Shown in pieces: positions 1 to 9,030 of a stretch of DNA of 64,000 nucleotides; positions within the stretch are counted from its first letter, which is position 1; each line of letters starts with the position of its first letter. A program made the position numbers and the translations under genes. The DNA comes from an archaeon GW2011_AR15. Its GTDB lineage: Archaea; Nanobdellota; Nanobdellia; Woesearchaeales; GW2011-AR15. The stretch spans positions 768,001-832,000 of the forward strand of contig CP010425.1 in the NCBI GenBank assembly GCA_000830295.1. Direction: 5' to 3'. A model generated the notes under the pieces. That model saw nothing but the letters and a program-made list of their open reading frames with translations, searched no databases and was not told the origin of the DNA.

Positions 1-2
1 AC

Positions 3-152
3 TTTGAGATAAAAAATCTACAAATAGTTTGTCCTTATTGTAAAAAACCACAATCGTCTGTCTTCGAAAAAAAATCTCAGGCTGAAATTATAAGAAAATC
101 TAAAGTCACACTAAAAAAGTTTAAAACAGCATTCAAAAATTCACAGCCATAA
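3..152 (+). CDS. 3' end of a hypothetical protein with a CPYC (zinc-knuckle-like) motif, truncated by the window edge
   Basis: Frame is open from the window start: FEIKNLQIVCPYCKKPQ...KNSQP*, stop TAA at 150-152. Confidence 0.45.
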   Translation, partial: FEIKNLQIVCPYCKKPQSSVFEKKSQAEIIRKSKVTLKKFKTAFKNSQP

Positions 153-171
153 AAAAAGCGGGGCAGAGAAA

Positions 172-321
172 ATGTTATATGTTGATAATAAAGGGAAATT
201 CTTTTCAGAAGAAGAAACTGCAGCACTCTCATCCTGGGAGATTGAGCTGAGGGGAATCCATGCATATGAAGAGAATCTGGAAAAACGACTCTTCAATCAC
301 ATGGATGATATGATTATCTAA
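172..321 (+). CDS. Small hypothetical protein (49 aa)
   Basis: Manually translated MLYVDNKGKFFSEEETAALSSWEIELRGIHAYEENLEKRLFNHMDDMII*; below the ORF-track cutoff; protein-like composition. Confidence 0.55.
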   Translation: MLYVDNKGKFFSEEETAALSSWEIELRGIHAYEENLEKRLFNHMDDMII

Positions 322-503
322 TTGGCAGTTTCAGAAATTAGAGATTGTGTCAGTCCAATATAAATATTAAAAATTTTTCTTAATAGTGTGTATCTGCGTA
401 TACTACAAGGTTTCTTTGCAAGAGTATGTTAGTTCACTAGAACCTCTTTATATAGCTATAATCATTAATCTAGTATACAATAAAGAACCATGAGGTGGTT
501 TTA

Positions 504-1148
504 ATGGGAAAAAAATATGAATACCATAAACAAAATGACTATCCTGGAGAAAGGGTAGCAGAGCAAAAAAGAATCTCTGATAGAGAAGATATTACAAATA
601 AGCGATCTAATACAAAGTCACTTATTATTGTAGGGCTATTAGTAATTCTAATTGCTGGAGTTACTTGGGGTTATATGGCTTCGTCACAAGAATCTGATGA
701 GCTAAACTCAAATGATGAGGTGCTTTTTACAGCAGACACCATGAGGCCAGGCATAGTTAAAGTTTCACCAGCAAACAACGAGTTGAATGTCGAAACGCAA
801 GACGCAGTGACAGTACGATTCAGCGAACAGATGGATGCGAGTACTATCAATAAATATACTTTCACCGTAGTGCAGAGGACAACTCCAGAAAATGGGCCAA
901 CTTCGCCAGATTATCGATCAAGGCAAATTGAGGGTATAGTTACGTATAATGACTTAGGTCTTATCGCAACCTTTACACCAAAAGAGAAGTTTACACCAAA
1001 CCAAGAATACGGGAACGTGTTTACTGTATCGATAACAACAGCAGTAAAGGATCTTGCAGGCAATTCGCTTTCGCAGGATTATGTGTGGAGCTTTACTACA
1101 GGTAGCAACCCGTTTAATACCGGCACTACAACTTCACAAACAGCTTAA
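504..1148 (+). CDS. Membrane-anchored Ig-like (Big_5/SbsA-type) domain protein
   Basis: One TM helix, then VSPAN..VTVRFSEQMD..VKDLAGNSL..YVWSFTTG; SD GAGGTGG places the start at ATG 504. Confidence 0.8.
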   Translation: MGKKYEYHKQNDYPGERVAEQKRISDREDITNKRSNTKSLIIVGLLVILIAGVTWGYMASSQESDELNSNDEVLFTADTMRPGIVKVSPANNELNVETQDAVTVRFSEQMDASTINKYTFTVVQRTTPENGPTSPDYRSRQIEGIVTYNDLGLIATFTPKEKFTPNQEYGNVFTVSITTAVKDLAGNSLSQDYVWSFTTGSNPFNTGTTTSQTA

Positions 1149-1165
1149 TTTTTTTTTATTTTTTT
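1149..1165 (+). terminator. Oligo-T archaeal terminator
   Basis: T9-A-T7 immediately after the stop codon. Confidence 0.55.
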
Positions 1166-1447
1166 AATCAAACCTAAAAATCATGAGTACACTGTTTTCT
1201 GAAATATTTCATATTGTTTCACCGATATTAAATATATCTAAAATGCTACCCTGCATTTACGACTATCGGGGTGAGGAAAATGAGAAGAATAATCCTGCAT
1301 TGCAGGCAATTTGGGACATTTTCTTTGAAATAATCCCTTCTATATCAATAACATCTATAAATTAAATGCTTTTCCGATTGTCTAAAGGGACATTGGTTAA
1401 ACTTGGTTACGTTCACGGAAACCAAGTTTCCGAGAACCCGAAAAAGC

Positions 1448-1521
1448 GGGGTTGTGGTCTAGCTTGGTATGATTCGCGGTTCGGGACCGCGAGGTCGGGG
1501 GTTCGAATCCTCCCAACCCCA
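1448..1521 (+). tRNA. tRNA-Pro(CGG)
   Basis: Acceptor GGGGTTG/CAACCCC-A; anticodon arm CGCGG-TTCGGGA-CCGCG; T loop TTCGAAT. Confidence 0.95.
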
Positions 1522-1587
1522 CTTTCAGGTACGCTTGAGCAAAGCGAAACGTACCTTCTCCGTCAATGCTGAAAAGGATTGGTGCGT

Positions 1588-1603
1588 AATCCTCCCAACC
1601 CCA
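1588..1603 (+). repeat. 16-bp direct repeat of the tRNA-Pro 3' end
   Basis: AATCCTCCCAACCCCA is identical at 1506-1521 and 1588-1603; the copy is followed by a T-run. Confidence 0.9.
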
Positions 1604-1610
1604 TTTTTTC

Positions 1611-1664
1611 GAGGTATTCAAGGTTCGGGACCTTGAGGTCTGGGTTCGAATCCCAGGAACCCCA
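1611..1664 (+). pseudogene. tRNA-Pro(CGG) fragment (anticodon arm, T arm and 3' acceptor strand only)
   Basis: CAAGG-TTCGGGA-CCTTG, CTGGG-TTCGAAT-CCCAG, GAACCCC-A; no 5' acceptor strand or D arm directly upstream. Confidence 0.75.
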
Positions 1665-1668
1665 CATC

Positions 1669-1741
1669 GGGCTCGTAGCTCATCGGCCAGAGCGTTCCCC
1701 TCGCACGGGAAAGGCAGCGAGTTCAATTCTCGCCGGGTCCA
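1669..1741 (+). tRNA. tRNA-Ala(CGC)
   Basis: Acceptor GGGCTCG/CGGGTCC-A with G3:U70; anticodon arm TTCCC-CTCGCAC-GGGAA. Confidence 0.95.
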
Positions 1742-1787
1742 TCCTAGATTTTCCTAAAATTATAGTTATTAAATACACAGAATAAAG

Positions 1788-1896
1788 AGCGAGGGGGGGG
1801 ACTCGAACCCCCGATGATCGGGATCTACATGTCATAGCGTTAGCTCATCATCCCGGATGTTGCAGCCGATTGCCTTAGCCGCTTGGCGACCCCCGC
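1788..1896 (-). tRNA. tRNA-Cys(GCA) with a 37-nt intron at 37/38 (1823-1859)
   Basis: Acceptor GCGGGGG/CCCTCGC-T; ATCGG-CTGCAA[intron]C-CCGAT; CTGC pairs with intron GTAG between two 3-nt bulges (relaxed BHB). Confidence 0.92.
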
Positions 1897-1986
1897 GATT
1901 CTAGTTACCGTGAAAACAGAGTTGTTTATAAAAGTTTTTGAATGCAGAGAGAAATACTTAAATATGCGCGTAATACACTTCAGCCG

Positions 1987-2862
1987 ATGTTTGAGACGTT
2001 TTCAAGGAGTTGGGAGATAACCAAGCAGACATTCAGGGTTATTAATGCAGACAGGGAGATACTGCTCTATCCAGTTGTATCGTCAATAATCTCTATAATC
2101 TTCTTCGTGGTGATGGTTTTTCCATTTATAGCTACAGGCCTTGTCTCAGAAATTCTGTCAAGAGACGCAGGTGCCTTTCTGTTCTGGGTAACATTGTTCG
2201 GATTTTACCTGGGAGTTTCATTTGTGGCAACATTCTTCAATGTGGCAACAGTATACTGCGCAAACAAGAGGTTCCACAAAGGAAACCCAACATTCACAGA
2301 AGGGCTCAAAGAGGCATTTAAGAGGATACACCTGATTTTTCTCTGGTCGCTTGTCTCAGCTACTGTAGGGATACTGATAAACAGCCTTGAGAATTCAGCA
2401 AAAAAATCAAAAGGAATTAGCAGGGTAATAATTTCAGCAGTTGCCAGCCTTGTTGGCATGGCGTGGAGCATAGTAACGCTGTTTGTCATACCTGCCATTG
2501 TTATAGAAAATGTAGGCCCTGTTGACGCAATAAAAAGATCGGCCCAGACACTGAAAAAGACATGGGGAGAAAGCCTTATAAGACATTTTGGGCTCGGAGC
2601 TGCTCAGGGTATGTTCTCATTTGCAGGCTTTTTCTTCTTGTTGGCACCTGCAATAGTAAGCCTTGTATTTTTTCAGAGCATCCTTATGTTTGCCGTCCTG
2701 ATGGCACTCTTCATTATCTATATAGTCATAGTAAGCCTGGTGTTCTCAACAGCAAACACAGTCTTCAACACAGCCCTTTTTGTCTATGCCAAGACAGGCA
2801 AGATTCCCGGATTCTATTCCAAAGATACAATGAAGCACGCTTTCAAGGCAGAGAAGAAATAG
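1987..2862 (+). CDS. Multi-pass membrane protein (DUF6159-like)
   Basis: About 6 TM segments; N-terminal FSRSWEITKQTF, S..LKKTWGE motif; start at 1987 or 1942. Confidence 0.7.
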   Translation: MFETFSRSWEITKQTFRVINADREILLYPVVSSIISIIFFVVMVFPFIATGLVSEILSRDAGAFLFWVTLFGFYLGVSFVATFFNVATVYCANKRFHKGNPTFTEGLKEAFKRIHLIFLWSLVSATVGILINSLENSAKKSKGISRVIISAVASLVGMAWSIVTLFVIPAIVIENVGPVDAIKRSAQTLKKTWGESLIRHFGLGAAQGMFSFAGFFFLLAPAIVSLVFFQSILMFAVLMALFIIYIVIVSLVFSTANTVFNTALFVYAKTGKIPGFYSKDTMKHAFKAEKK

Positions 2863-2873
2863 TAAGAAAAAAA

Positions 2874-2888
2874 ATGAGCCTGCGAGGA
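2874..2888 (-). repeat. 15-bp direct repeat of the tRNA-Arg 3' end
   Basis: ATGAGCCTGCGAGGA (plus strand) at 2874-2888 and 2934-2948. Confidence 0.9.
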
Positions 2889-2934
2889 GAACTCACTTGC
2901 GTTCGTGCTCCTCTGGTCTCATTCGCTTCGCTTA

Positions 2935-3008
2935 TGAGCCTGCGAGGATTTGAACCCCGGTATTCAGCTTAGAAGGCTGATGTCCTATCCAGGCTGGACG
3001 ACAGGCTC
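2935..3008 (-). tRNA. tRNA-Arg(TCT)
   Basis: Acceptor GAGCCTG/CAGGCTC-A; anticodon arm TCAGC-CTTCTAA-GCTGA; T loop TTCAAAT. Confidence 0.95.
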
Positions 3009-3073
3009 GATACTCTATAGAATTCTGCAGGCATTTTAAAACGTTTTGGATATAACTAGTAAAAAGCCAAAAG

Positions 3074-4162
3074 TTAAGGCAGCCATGTCTTCGGGTTTTT
3101 CAGTTTATCCGGAAGATAATTGCTTATGACGAAATTCAGGCCGTGCTGTGCGAGTGCCTGCTGCTCCGCCCTTTTTTTCAGCTTTACCATCTCTATGAGG
3201 GATTTCTCCCATTGCTTGTAATGTTTTACAAAAGGATCATTCTTTATACCGTCCTTTATCCTCTTTATATCGACTTCCTTCAGCGGATGCGTAGGCAGCT
3301 TGTAGTCTATTATATCCTGAGTTGTAATGCCGAAGAATTTTGCATTTGGGACGCAGAAATATTTGTTTATGTGCGCGGCGTTTCCAGAGCCAACCTTAAA
3401 AGTCCTGTATATGTTCAGGAAGCCGTATGGGTCGCCGTCTGTGAATACATAGACCGGCAGTTTTCTCTCATCGCTTAATCTTCTTACAAACCGCCTGCAT
3501 GCCCTTGTCGGCACTCCTCCCATTGAAACCAGGATGCAGTTGGCTGTTTTCCAGTAAGTGTGCTTCACAAGCCTCTGGAACATACCTGCAGTCTCTATAG
3601 CGAGTATGAATTTTGCATTTGTCTCGAATTTCAGGTGCTCGACGGAGATTGGTATAGAGTACGCGCCGGAGCCGAACTTGGTGCAGTCTATCCTTATCTC
3701 TTTGCCTGTTTCAGGATCCTTGTCTATCACTACAAGCTTTCCTGCAATGTCCCCTCCTTTCTCCTCAGGAACAAAGCCCATCTGCTCCCGGTTGACCATG
3801 AACATGGCTTCTATGTCATCCATGACAGTATCTGACTCAACCTGCTCTTTGAACCTTGCATCCCCCCAGTTCTTGCTCACATAATATGTTTCCCTCTTTG
3901 TTGCGATATCATCTGTCTCAACAAGGGTTTTGGAGAGCGCCATCATCTTAAGGGTCTGGGCGAATGTCTTTACAGTTGAAGCAGTCAGAGTTCTCGATTT
4001 GAACTTATTGTCCAGCTGGAAGTAACCCTCTTTTTCGTCATATGTAACATTCTGCAGGCTCCTCAGTGGCATTGAGACTTCAGGCTTTTCCTCTTTAAGT
4101 ATTTCAGTATATATTCTCTTGGATACACTCTTTATCTTCTTTGGAACATCTTCTTCAGTCAT
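3074..4162 (-). CDS. top6A: DNA topoisomerase VI subunit A
   Basis: TKRETYY catalytic Tyr region, TOPRIM E and DGDPYG, AEQQA; adjacent to subunit B. Confidence 0.96.
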   Translation of the reverse strand: MTEEDVPKKIKSVSKRIYTEILKEEKPEVSMPLRSLQNVTYDEKEGYFQLDNKFKSRTLTASTVKTFAQTLKMMALSKTLVETDDIATKRETYYVSKNWGDARFKEQVESDTVMDDIEAMFMVNREQMGFVPEEKGGDIAGKLVVIDKDPETGKEIRIDCTKFGSGAYSIPISVEHLKFETNAKFILAIETAGMFQRLVKHTYWKTANCILVSMGGVPTRACRRFVRRLSDERKLPVYVFTDGDPYGFLNIYRTFKVGSGNAAHINKYFCVPNAKFFGITTQDIIDYKLPTHPLKEVDIKRIKDGIKNDPFVKHYKQWEKSLIEMVKLKKRAEQQALAQHGLNFVISNYLPDKLKNPKTWLP

Positions 4163-4164
4163 TT

Positions 4165-5955
4165 TTACAATTCCTCTTCTTCATTATCAGAGTAATCTCT
4201 CTCCTGATCATCTTCACTGCTTCCTTCCTCTTCTTCATCAAAATTATCAGCTTCGTTGCTCTCCCTTTTCCTTTTCGGCCCGTAATCTTTTTTCAGCTCA
4301 TCAAGCTCTTCTTTCTTTATTGACCTTGTCTTTTCAAGCACAACTCTCAGATGATCCTCCAGCCTTGCCTTCTCCCCTTCATCCAGGGTTAATATTTCCT
4401 GCAGTGCCCCGCTGACATGAGGGAGGTATTTTGAGATATAATCTACTTTTGTAAGTTCCTGATGCAGTCTTCTCTTCTTTCCAAGGTATTTCCCAAGCTC
4501 ACGCCCAAGCTCCTGCAGCGCCAGTTTTATCTCCTTTATTATTTCAGGATAATGGGCAATGGCTTCCTTTGCTTCACTTGTAAAAGGGACCCAGACAGAA
4601 GCCATGTGGACAACTATAAGGCATCCTCCTATCGGGATGCTTCCCTGGGACTGCTTTAAGCCATAAGGCCTCCAGTTTGTTGAGGTTATTGATTTTGTCA
4701 CAGCACATGCGCCCTGCTGGTATAATAGGGGGACTCTGTTTGCGAATCTCATTATCTCTATTGGCTTGTCTTCGGGCATGTTGCCGCCATATGCTATTGC
4801 AGCCTCGATAATGAAAGGGTTTCCCCTGTAAACAGAAGGGGATCTTGATATTGAATGATAGAATTCAGCATTGAGCTCTTTTTTCAGCCCTTTTTCTATA
4901 AGCTCCTTTCCGAGAGGAGAAATAGAGTCTGTTGGGGGAGCCATTATCTTTGTTTTCTTTATCCCTTCGAGGAGCTTCTCAGCCATTTCCCTGCTTATGT
5001 TTCTCGGGGAAGTTGAAGGAAGAAGAAAAGACTGCTCGCATATCTCTTTTGCAGTTCCAGCTCCGACTCTGCTGAATTCATTTGTGAGAAAGGCATTCAA
5101 AGTCCTGTATTCAGTGTTCTCCAGCATCTTCATAAGTATGCCGAGCTCCACTCCATATGGATGCGGTTTTATCTCCTTAGGCTCTTTTGGCAGTTCTTCT
5201 GTTGCCCTTACGAACATAATCTGGGAATCCTGGGGCGGCTGGTAAATTATTGTGACATGCGGGTTTATTATTGCAGTCTCCCTCAGATACTCGTCAACAG
5301 ACTGCGCACCTTTCATATAGTCGCCTTCAAGGTCAATCTCGACCCTTGTTCCATGATCCCTATGCCATTCAACTTCTTTTTCTGAAACTATAAGGGGCTT
5401 GTTTTTTGATGTGTCAAGCTTCAGTTCTATCTCATGTGCGGGGTATTCAGGCCCTATTTTAGAAATTATTTTGGCAGGCCGTCCTGTTGTAAGCTGGCCA
5501 TACATGACAGATGCGGAGATACCTATACCCTGCTGGCCTCTGGACTGCTTTAGCCTGTGAAACTTGCTTCCATACAGCAGCTTTGCGAAGATATTTGGGA
5601 TCTGCTTTCTCACAATTCCAGGGCCATTGTCCTCCACGGCAATCCTGTACCTGTTCTCGCCCATATTAGTTATTTCCACTACTAATTCGGGAAGTACTTT
5701 TGCCTCCTCGCAGGCATCAAGAGAATTGTCGACCGCCTCTTTTACAGTTGTAAGAAGAGCCTTTTTCCTGTTGTCAAATCCGAGAAGGTGCCTGTTCTTT
5801 TCAAAGAATTCTGCTACAGAAATCTCCCGTTGTTTTTTTGCAAGCTCAACTGCAACAGGAGCGGCTTTCTCTTTTTGTGCGTTTGCAGCAGCCCGGGATT
5901 CTGCTTTGTCGACTCCATTTAGGTCAGAAGAGCCAAAATCAAGCGTCTTTTGCAT
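4165..5955 (-). CDS. top6B: DNA topoisomerase VI subunit B
   Basis: GHKL motifs [26 protein letters not shown]; RFANRVPL; acidic tail. Confidence 0.97.
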   Translation of the reverse strand: MQKTLDFGSSDLNGVDKAESRAAANAQKEKAAPVAVELAKKQREISVAEFFEKNRHLLGFDNRKKALLTTVKEAVDNSLDACEEAKVLPELVVEITNMGENRYRIAVEDNGPGIVRKQIPNIFAKLLYGSKFHRLKQSRGQQGIGISASVMYGQLTTGRPAKIISKIGPEYPAHEIELKLDTSKNKPLIVSEKEVEWHRDHGTRVEIDLEGDYMKGAQSVDEYLRETAIINPHVTIIYQPPQDSQIMFVRATEELPKEPKEIKPHPYGVELGILMKMLENTEYRTLNAFLTNEFSRVGAGTAKEICEQSFLLPSTSPRNISREMAEKLLEGIKKTKIMAPPTDSISPLGKELIEKGLKKELNAEFYHSISRSPSVYRGNPFIIEAAIAYGGNMPEDKPIEIMRFANRVPLLYQQGACAVTKSITSTNWRPYGLKQSQGSIPIGGCLIVVHMASVWVPFTSEAKEAIAHYPEIIKEIKLALQELGRELGKYLGKKRRLHQELTKVDYISKYLPHVSGALQEILTLDEGEKARLEDHLRVVLEKTRSIKKEELDELKKDYGPKRKRESNEADNFDEEEEGSSEDDQERDYSDNEEEEL

Positions 5956-6035
5956 GGATTAATCAAAACGAGCAGTGTTTTTAAAGATTTTGATAATGAA
6001 TAGAAATATAAATCCGGCAAGACTACCTCCTGCAA

Positions 6036-6443
6036 ATGAAAAAGATAATACTTGACACCAATTTTGTGTTCCTTCCTTTTACACTGAAGATAGACATATT
6101 TTCAGAGATAGACAGGATAATGCATGAGCCGTATAATCTTTTTGTTATGGAAGATACAATTGATGAACTTGACAGGATAATGCAGGAACAGAAAGGAAGA
6201 GACAGGGAAACAGCCAAAATGGCCCTCCAGCTCCTCGAGAAAAAGGGAGTGGGAAAACAAAAAAGCTTATATATGACTGGCAATTCCAAAAAACCTATTG
6301 TAGACGATATTATCCTTGCTCTTGCAGACAAAAACCATATAGTTGCGACACAGGACAGGGAGCTCAGGAAGAAACTTACGGAAAAGGGCATAAGGACAAT
6401 ATATGCAAGAAAAAAATCACTGGAGATAAAAGATGTTCTATAA
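6036..6443 (+). CDS. PIN-domain protein (Fcf1/Utp24-like)
   Basis: ILDTNF, VDDIIL, VATQDRELR; conserved position upstream of rpoE1. Confidence 0.85.
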   Translation: MKKIILDTNFVFLPFTLKIDIFSEIDRIMHEPYNLFVMEDTIDELDRIMQEQKGRDRETAKMALQLLEKKGVGKQKSLYMTGNSKKPIVDDIILALADKNHIVATQDRELRKKLTEKGIRTIYARKKSLEIKDVL

Positions 6444-6984
6444 GACAATAGTTAAGGACCATATAAGGGTGCCTCCAAGCCTTTTCGGGGAACCATTGGA
6501 AAAAGCACTGCTTAAGCAGATCAAAGAGAATTATGACGGCTTCATATCGAAAGACATGGGCATTGTAATTGATGTTGCTTCAATAGAGGATGTCAAAGAA
6601 GGAAAGATAGTCCCTGGAGACGGGGCTGCTTTCTACGAGACAACATTCAGCCTGCTTGCATTCAAGCCTGAGCTTCAGGAAGTGTTTCCCGGCCAGATAA
6701 AGGACATGGCTGATTTCGGGGCATTCATTAACCTTGGACCTATAGAAGGCATGATCCACATTTCACAGACCATGGATGATTTTGTGTCATTCAGCAAAGA
6801 CAAGGCCCTTCTTGGAAAAGAAAGCAAGAAGAACCTTAAAGTAGGGGATAAGTGCAGGGCAAGGATTATCGCAATAAGCTACAAAGACATAACAAACCCC
6901 AAGTTCGGGCTTACAATGAGGCAGAAAGGCCTGGGAAGGCTTGACTGGATACCTGAAGACCTGAACCCAAAACCAAAGAAGTAA
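6433..6984 (+). CDS. rpoE1: RNA polymerase subunit E' (Rpo7)
   Basis: IVPGDGAAF, S1 domain FGAFINLGPIEGMIHISQ, GLTMRQKGLG. Confidence 0.95.
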   Translation: MFYKTIVKDHIRVPPSLFGEPLEKALLKQIKENYDGFISKDMGIVIDVASIEDVKEGKIVPGDGAAFYETTFSLLAFKPELQEVFPGQIKDMADFGAFINLGPIEGMIHISQTMDDFVSFSKDKALLGKESKKNLKVGDKCRARIIAISYKDITNPKFGLTMRQKGLGRLDWIPEDLNPKPKK

Positions 6985-6985
6985 G

Positions 6986-7174
6986 ATGGCAAAAGAAAAA
7001 GTATGCAAGAACTGCAAGGTATTTGTAGAAGGCGTTACATGCCCGCAGTGCAAGGGCAACCAGTTTACGACAATATACCAGGGAAAGCTGAATATTCTTG
7101 ATTCAAACAAATCCTTTATAGCAAAGCAGATAGGGATAGCACAAAAAGGAAGATACGCTATTAAAGTAAGGTGA
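6986..7174 (+). CDS. spt4: Transcription elongation factor Spt4 (RpoE'')
   Basis: CKNC...CPQC zinc finger, C-terminal GRYAIKVR. Confidence 0.93.
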   Translation: MAKEKVCKNCKVFVEGVTCPQCKGNQFTTIYQGKLNILDSNKSFIAKQIGIAQKGRYAIKVR

Positions 7175-7178
7175 TTAC

Positions 7179-7535
7179 ATGCAGGTCCTAAAAGAAAACG
7201 AAATGAAGCTCCTTTCAAGGAAGAGAGTTACACTAGTGATGGAGAATAAGGGAGCAACCCCTTCAAGAGCAGAGCTCATTAAGGAGATTGCAAAGAAATT
7301 CAAGACAAAAGAGGACCTTGTCATAATAAAGCATATCTATCAGCAGTTCGGCAGCAACAGGACCAAGCTTATAGTACACCTTTATGAAGACAAAGAGAAA
7401 ATGAAGATATTTGAGCATAAGGACCTTCTTAAGAAGCACTCTAAGAAAGAGGAGAAGCAGGAAGGTGCTGAAGCGCCAGCTGAACAGGCAGAGTCTGCCG
7501 CAGCCAAAAAAGAGAGCGAAGAGAGTGAAGGCTGA
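7179..7535 (+). CDS. rps24e: 30S ribosomal protein S24e
   Basis: [22 protein letters not shown]; operon context. Confidence 0.9.
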   Translation: MQVLKENEMKLLSRKRVTLVMENKGATPSRAELIKEIAKKFKTKEDLVIIKHIYQQFGSNRTKLIVHLYEDKEKMKIFEHKDLLKKHSKKEEKQEGAEAPAEQAESAAAKKESEESEG

Positions 7536-7699
7536 TGGCAGACAGGAAAAACAGGAGAGTATCAAAGATGAGCGGGATTTTTGAAGGCGGGAAACCAGCA
7601 AGGAAGCACTGCCCTAAATGCGGTCCTGGCGTTTTTATGGGTAAGCACGGCAACAGGCAGTCATGCGGAAAATGCGGATATACAGAATTTAACAAATAA
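7535..7699 (+). CDS. rps27ae: 30S ribosomal protein S27ae
   Basis: Manually translated 54 aa with [22 protein letters not shown]; missed by the ORF track. Confidence 0.95.
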   Translation: MADRKNRRVSKMSGIFEGGKPARKHCPKCGPGVFMGKHGNRQSCGKCGYTEFNK

Positions 7700-7710
7700 T
7701 TCTATTGATT

Positions 7711-8634
7711 CTATCTAGATTTTTTATTACTGCTTTCTTCAGAACTCTCTTTTTCAGCAGTCTTCTGGAACACCAGCAGATCCTCAGTTGTAAGCTTCTT
7801 TCCTGTCTTTATTTTCTCATCAACTTCCCTGCTTTTTTCCTTGAGGCTTTTCTTTTCTTCCCTTCTCTTCTCTTCTCTTGTCTTTATCTTATGCTCTTTC
7901 AGCTGGTCATTTATTTTGTTGAGTTTCACAAGAAGCTCTTTCAGCTGCTCATTTACCTTGTTGAACTCGTCCTTTTCAGTGCTGAATTTTGAAAAGAATT
8001 CTTTTTCCTTCTCTTTTAGGGTATCTATCTCTTTTGATAGTTCAAGTATCTTTTCATGCCTTGTCTGGCTCTCTTTTGCATTTTCCTGGACCTGCCTGTG
8101 TGCAGCATTTGCTTTTTTCCTTGCCTCTCTAAGCTCTTTTCTTGCATCGTTCAGCTTCCTGCTTGCTTCTATGGCTCCTTTAGCGCCTTCAAGAGTTTTT
8201 CTGAGCTCATTTATCTTCAGCATGACCTTTTTCTCCTTTTCAAAAGACATGCCCTCTGTTTCTATTTTAAACTCAAGGGAGTCTATCTCCCTCCTTACCT
8301 TATCAGGGTCTATCCTTGTGTCGCTTTTATCTTTTATATTATCACGGGCCTCAAACTGCTCTTTCAGTACAGCAGAGAATTTCTTGATTTTCTCATTATT
8401 CTCTTCTCTTTCTTTTTTCAGCTCTTTTACCTTCCTGGTGAATGCATCCCTTTCTTTTTTGAGCTCTTTTATCTGCGATATAAGGCCGATAATCTGCTCA
8501 GAATACTTGTCTTTCTCCTTGAACACGCCCTCTTTCTTATCGTTAAGAGTGTTAAGTTTAGACCTTAGTTCAGAAATCTGGCTCTTTATCTGAGAGTGCT
8601 CATTCATTAGTTCCTTTGCATCTGTTGATGGCAT
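7711..8634 (-). CDS. Archaeal coiled-coil protein (COG1340-like)
   Basis: Long coiled coil, LEFKIETEGMSFEKEK, C-terminal GKKLTTEDLL. Confidence 0.8.
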   Translation of the reverse strand: MPSTDAKELMNEHSQIKSQISELRSKLNTLNDKKEGVFKEKDKYSEQIIGLISQIKELKKERDAFTRKVKELKKEREENNEKIKKFSAVLKEQFEARDNIKDKSDTRIDPDKVRREIDSLEFKIETEGMSFEKEKKVMLKINELRKTLEGAKGAIEASRKLNDARKELREARKKANAAHRQVQENAKESQTRHEKILELSKEIDTLKEKEKEFFSKFSTEKDEFNKVNEQLKELLVKLNKINDQLKEHKIKTREEKRREEKKSLKEKSREVDEKIKTGKKLTTEDLLVFQKTAEKESSEESSNKKSR

Positions 8635-8680
8635 ATTTGTTCCACTTCATTGTAAAAATCAATAAAAAAATATAATTGAT

Positions 8681-8986
8681 TTAGCCGAAAAGTGCGCCTA
8701 GCCCGGCTGCAGCTTCATCTTCGCTTTTCTTTTCTTCCTGCTTCTTCTCTTCAGCTTTTGGCTTATCTGAGCCTGCTGCTGCGTGAGCTGCCGGAGCTGC
8801 TTGAGCTACTGGGGTGGCCTGTTTAACAGCCTCATCAATGTTTACATTTGCCAGGGCTGCAACCAGTGCCTTGATTCTTGAAGCGTCTGCTTCAACACCT
8901 GCTGCTTCCAGCACTTTCTTAAGGCTGGCTTCATCTACTTTCTTCCCTGCTTTGTGTAAAAGCATTGCTGCGTAAACGTATTCCAT
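8681..8986 (-). CDS. rpl12: 50S ribosomal protein L12 (aP1)
   Basis: [11 protein letters not shown]...[10 protein letters not shown]; SD GGAGGT before ATG 8986. Confidence 0.97.
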   Translation of the reverse strand: MEYVYAAMLLHKAGKKVDEASLKKVLEAAGVEADASRIKALVAALANVNIDEAVKQATPVAQAAPAAHAAAGSDKPKAEEKKQEEKKSEDEAAAGLGALFG

Positions 8987-9030
8987 TTTTGTTACCTCCG
9001 ATTGTTTATTTGGCACAAGAGTACCATAAT

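Noticed and set aside
1366-1785. ORFs 1366-1572, 1397-1726 and 1579-1785
   Set aside because: They overlap tRNA genes and are shadow ORFs.
2562-2972. 136-aa plus-strand ORF
   Set aside because: It is an alternative frame over the membrane protein and the tRNA-Arg region.
7705-8593. Long Ser/Phe/Leu-rich plus-strand ORFs
   Set aside because: Antisense shadows of a Lys/Glu-rich coiled-coil gene; the same applies to many antisense ORFs across the window.
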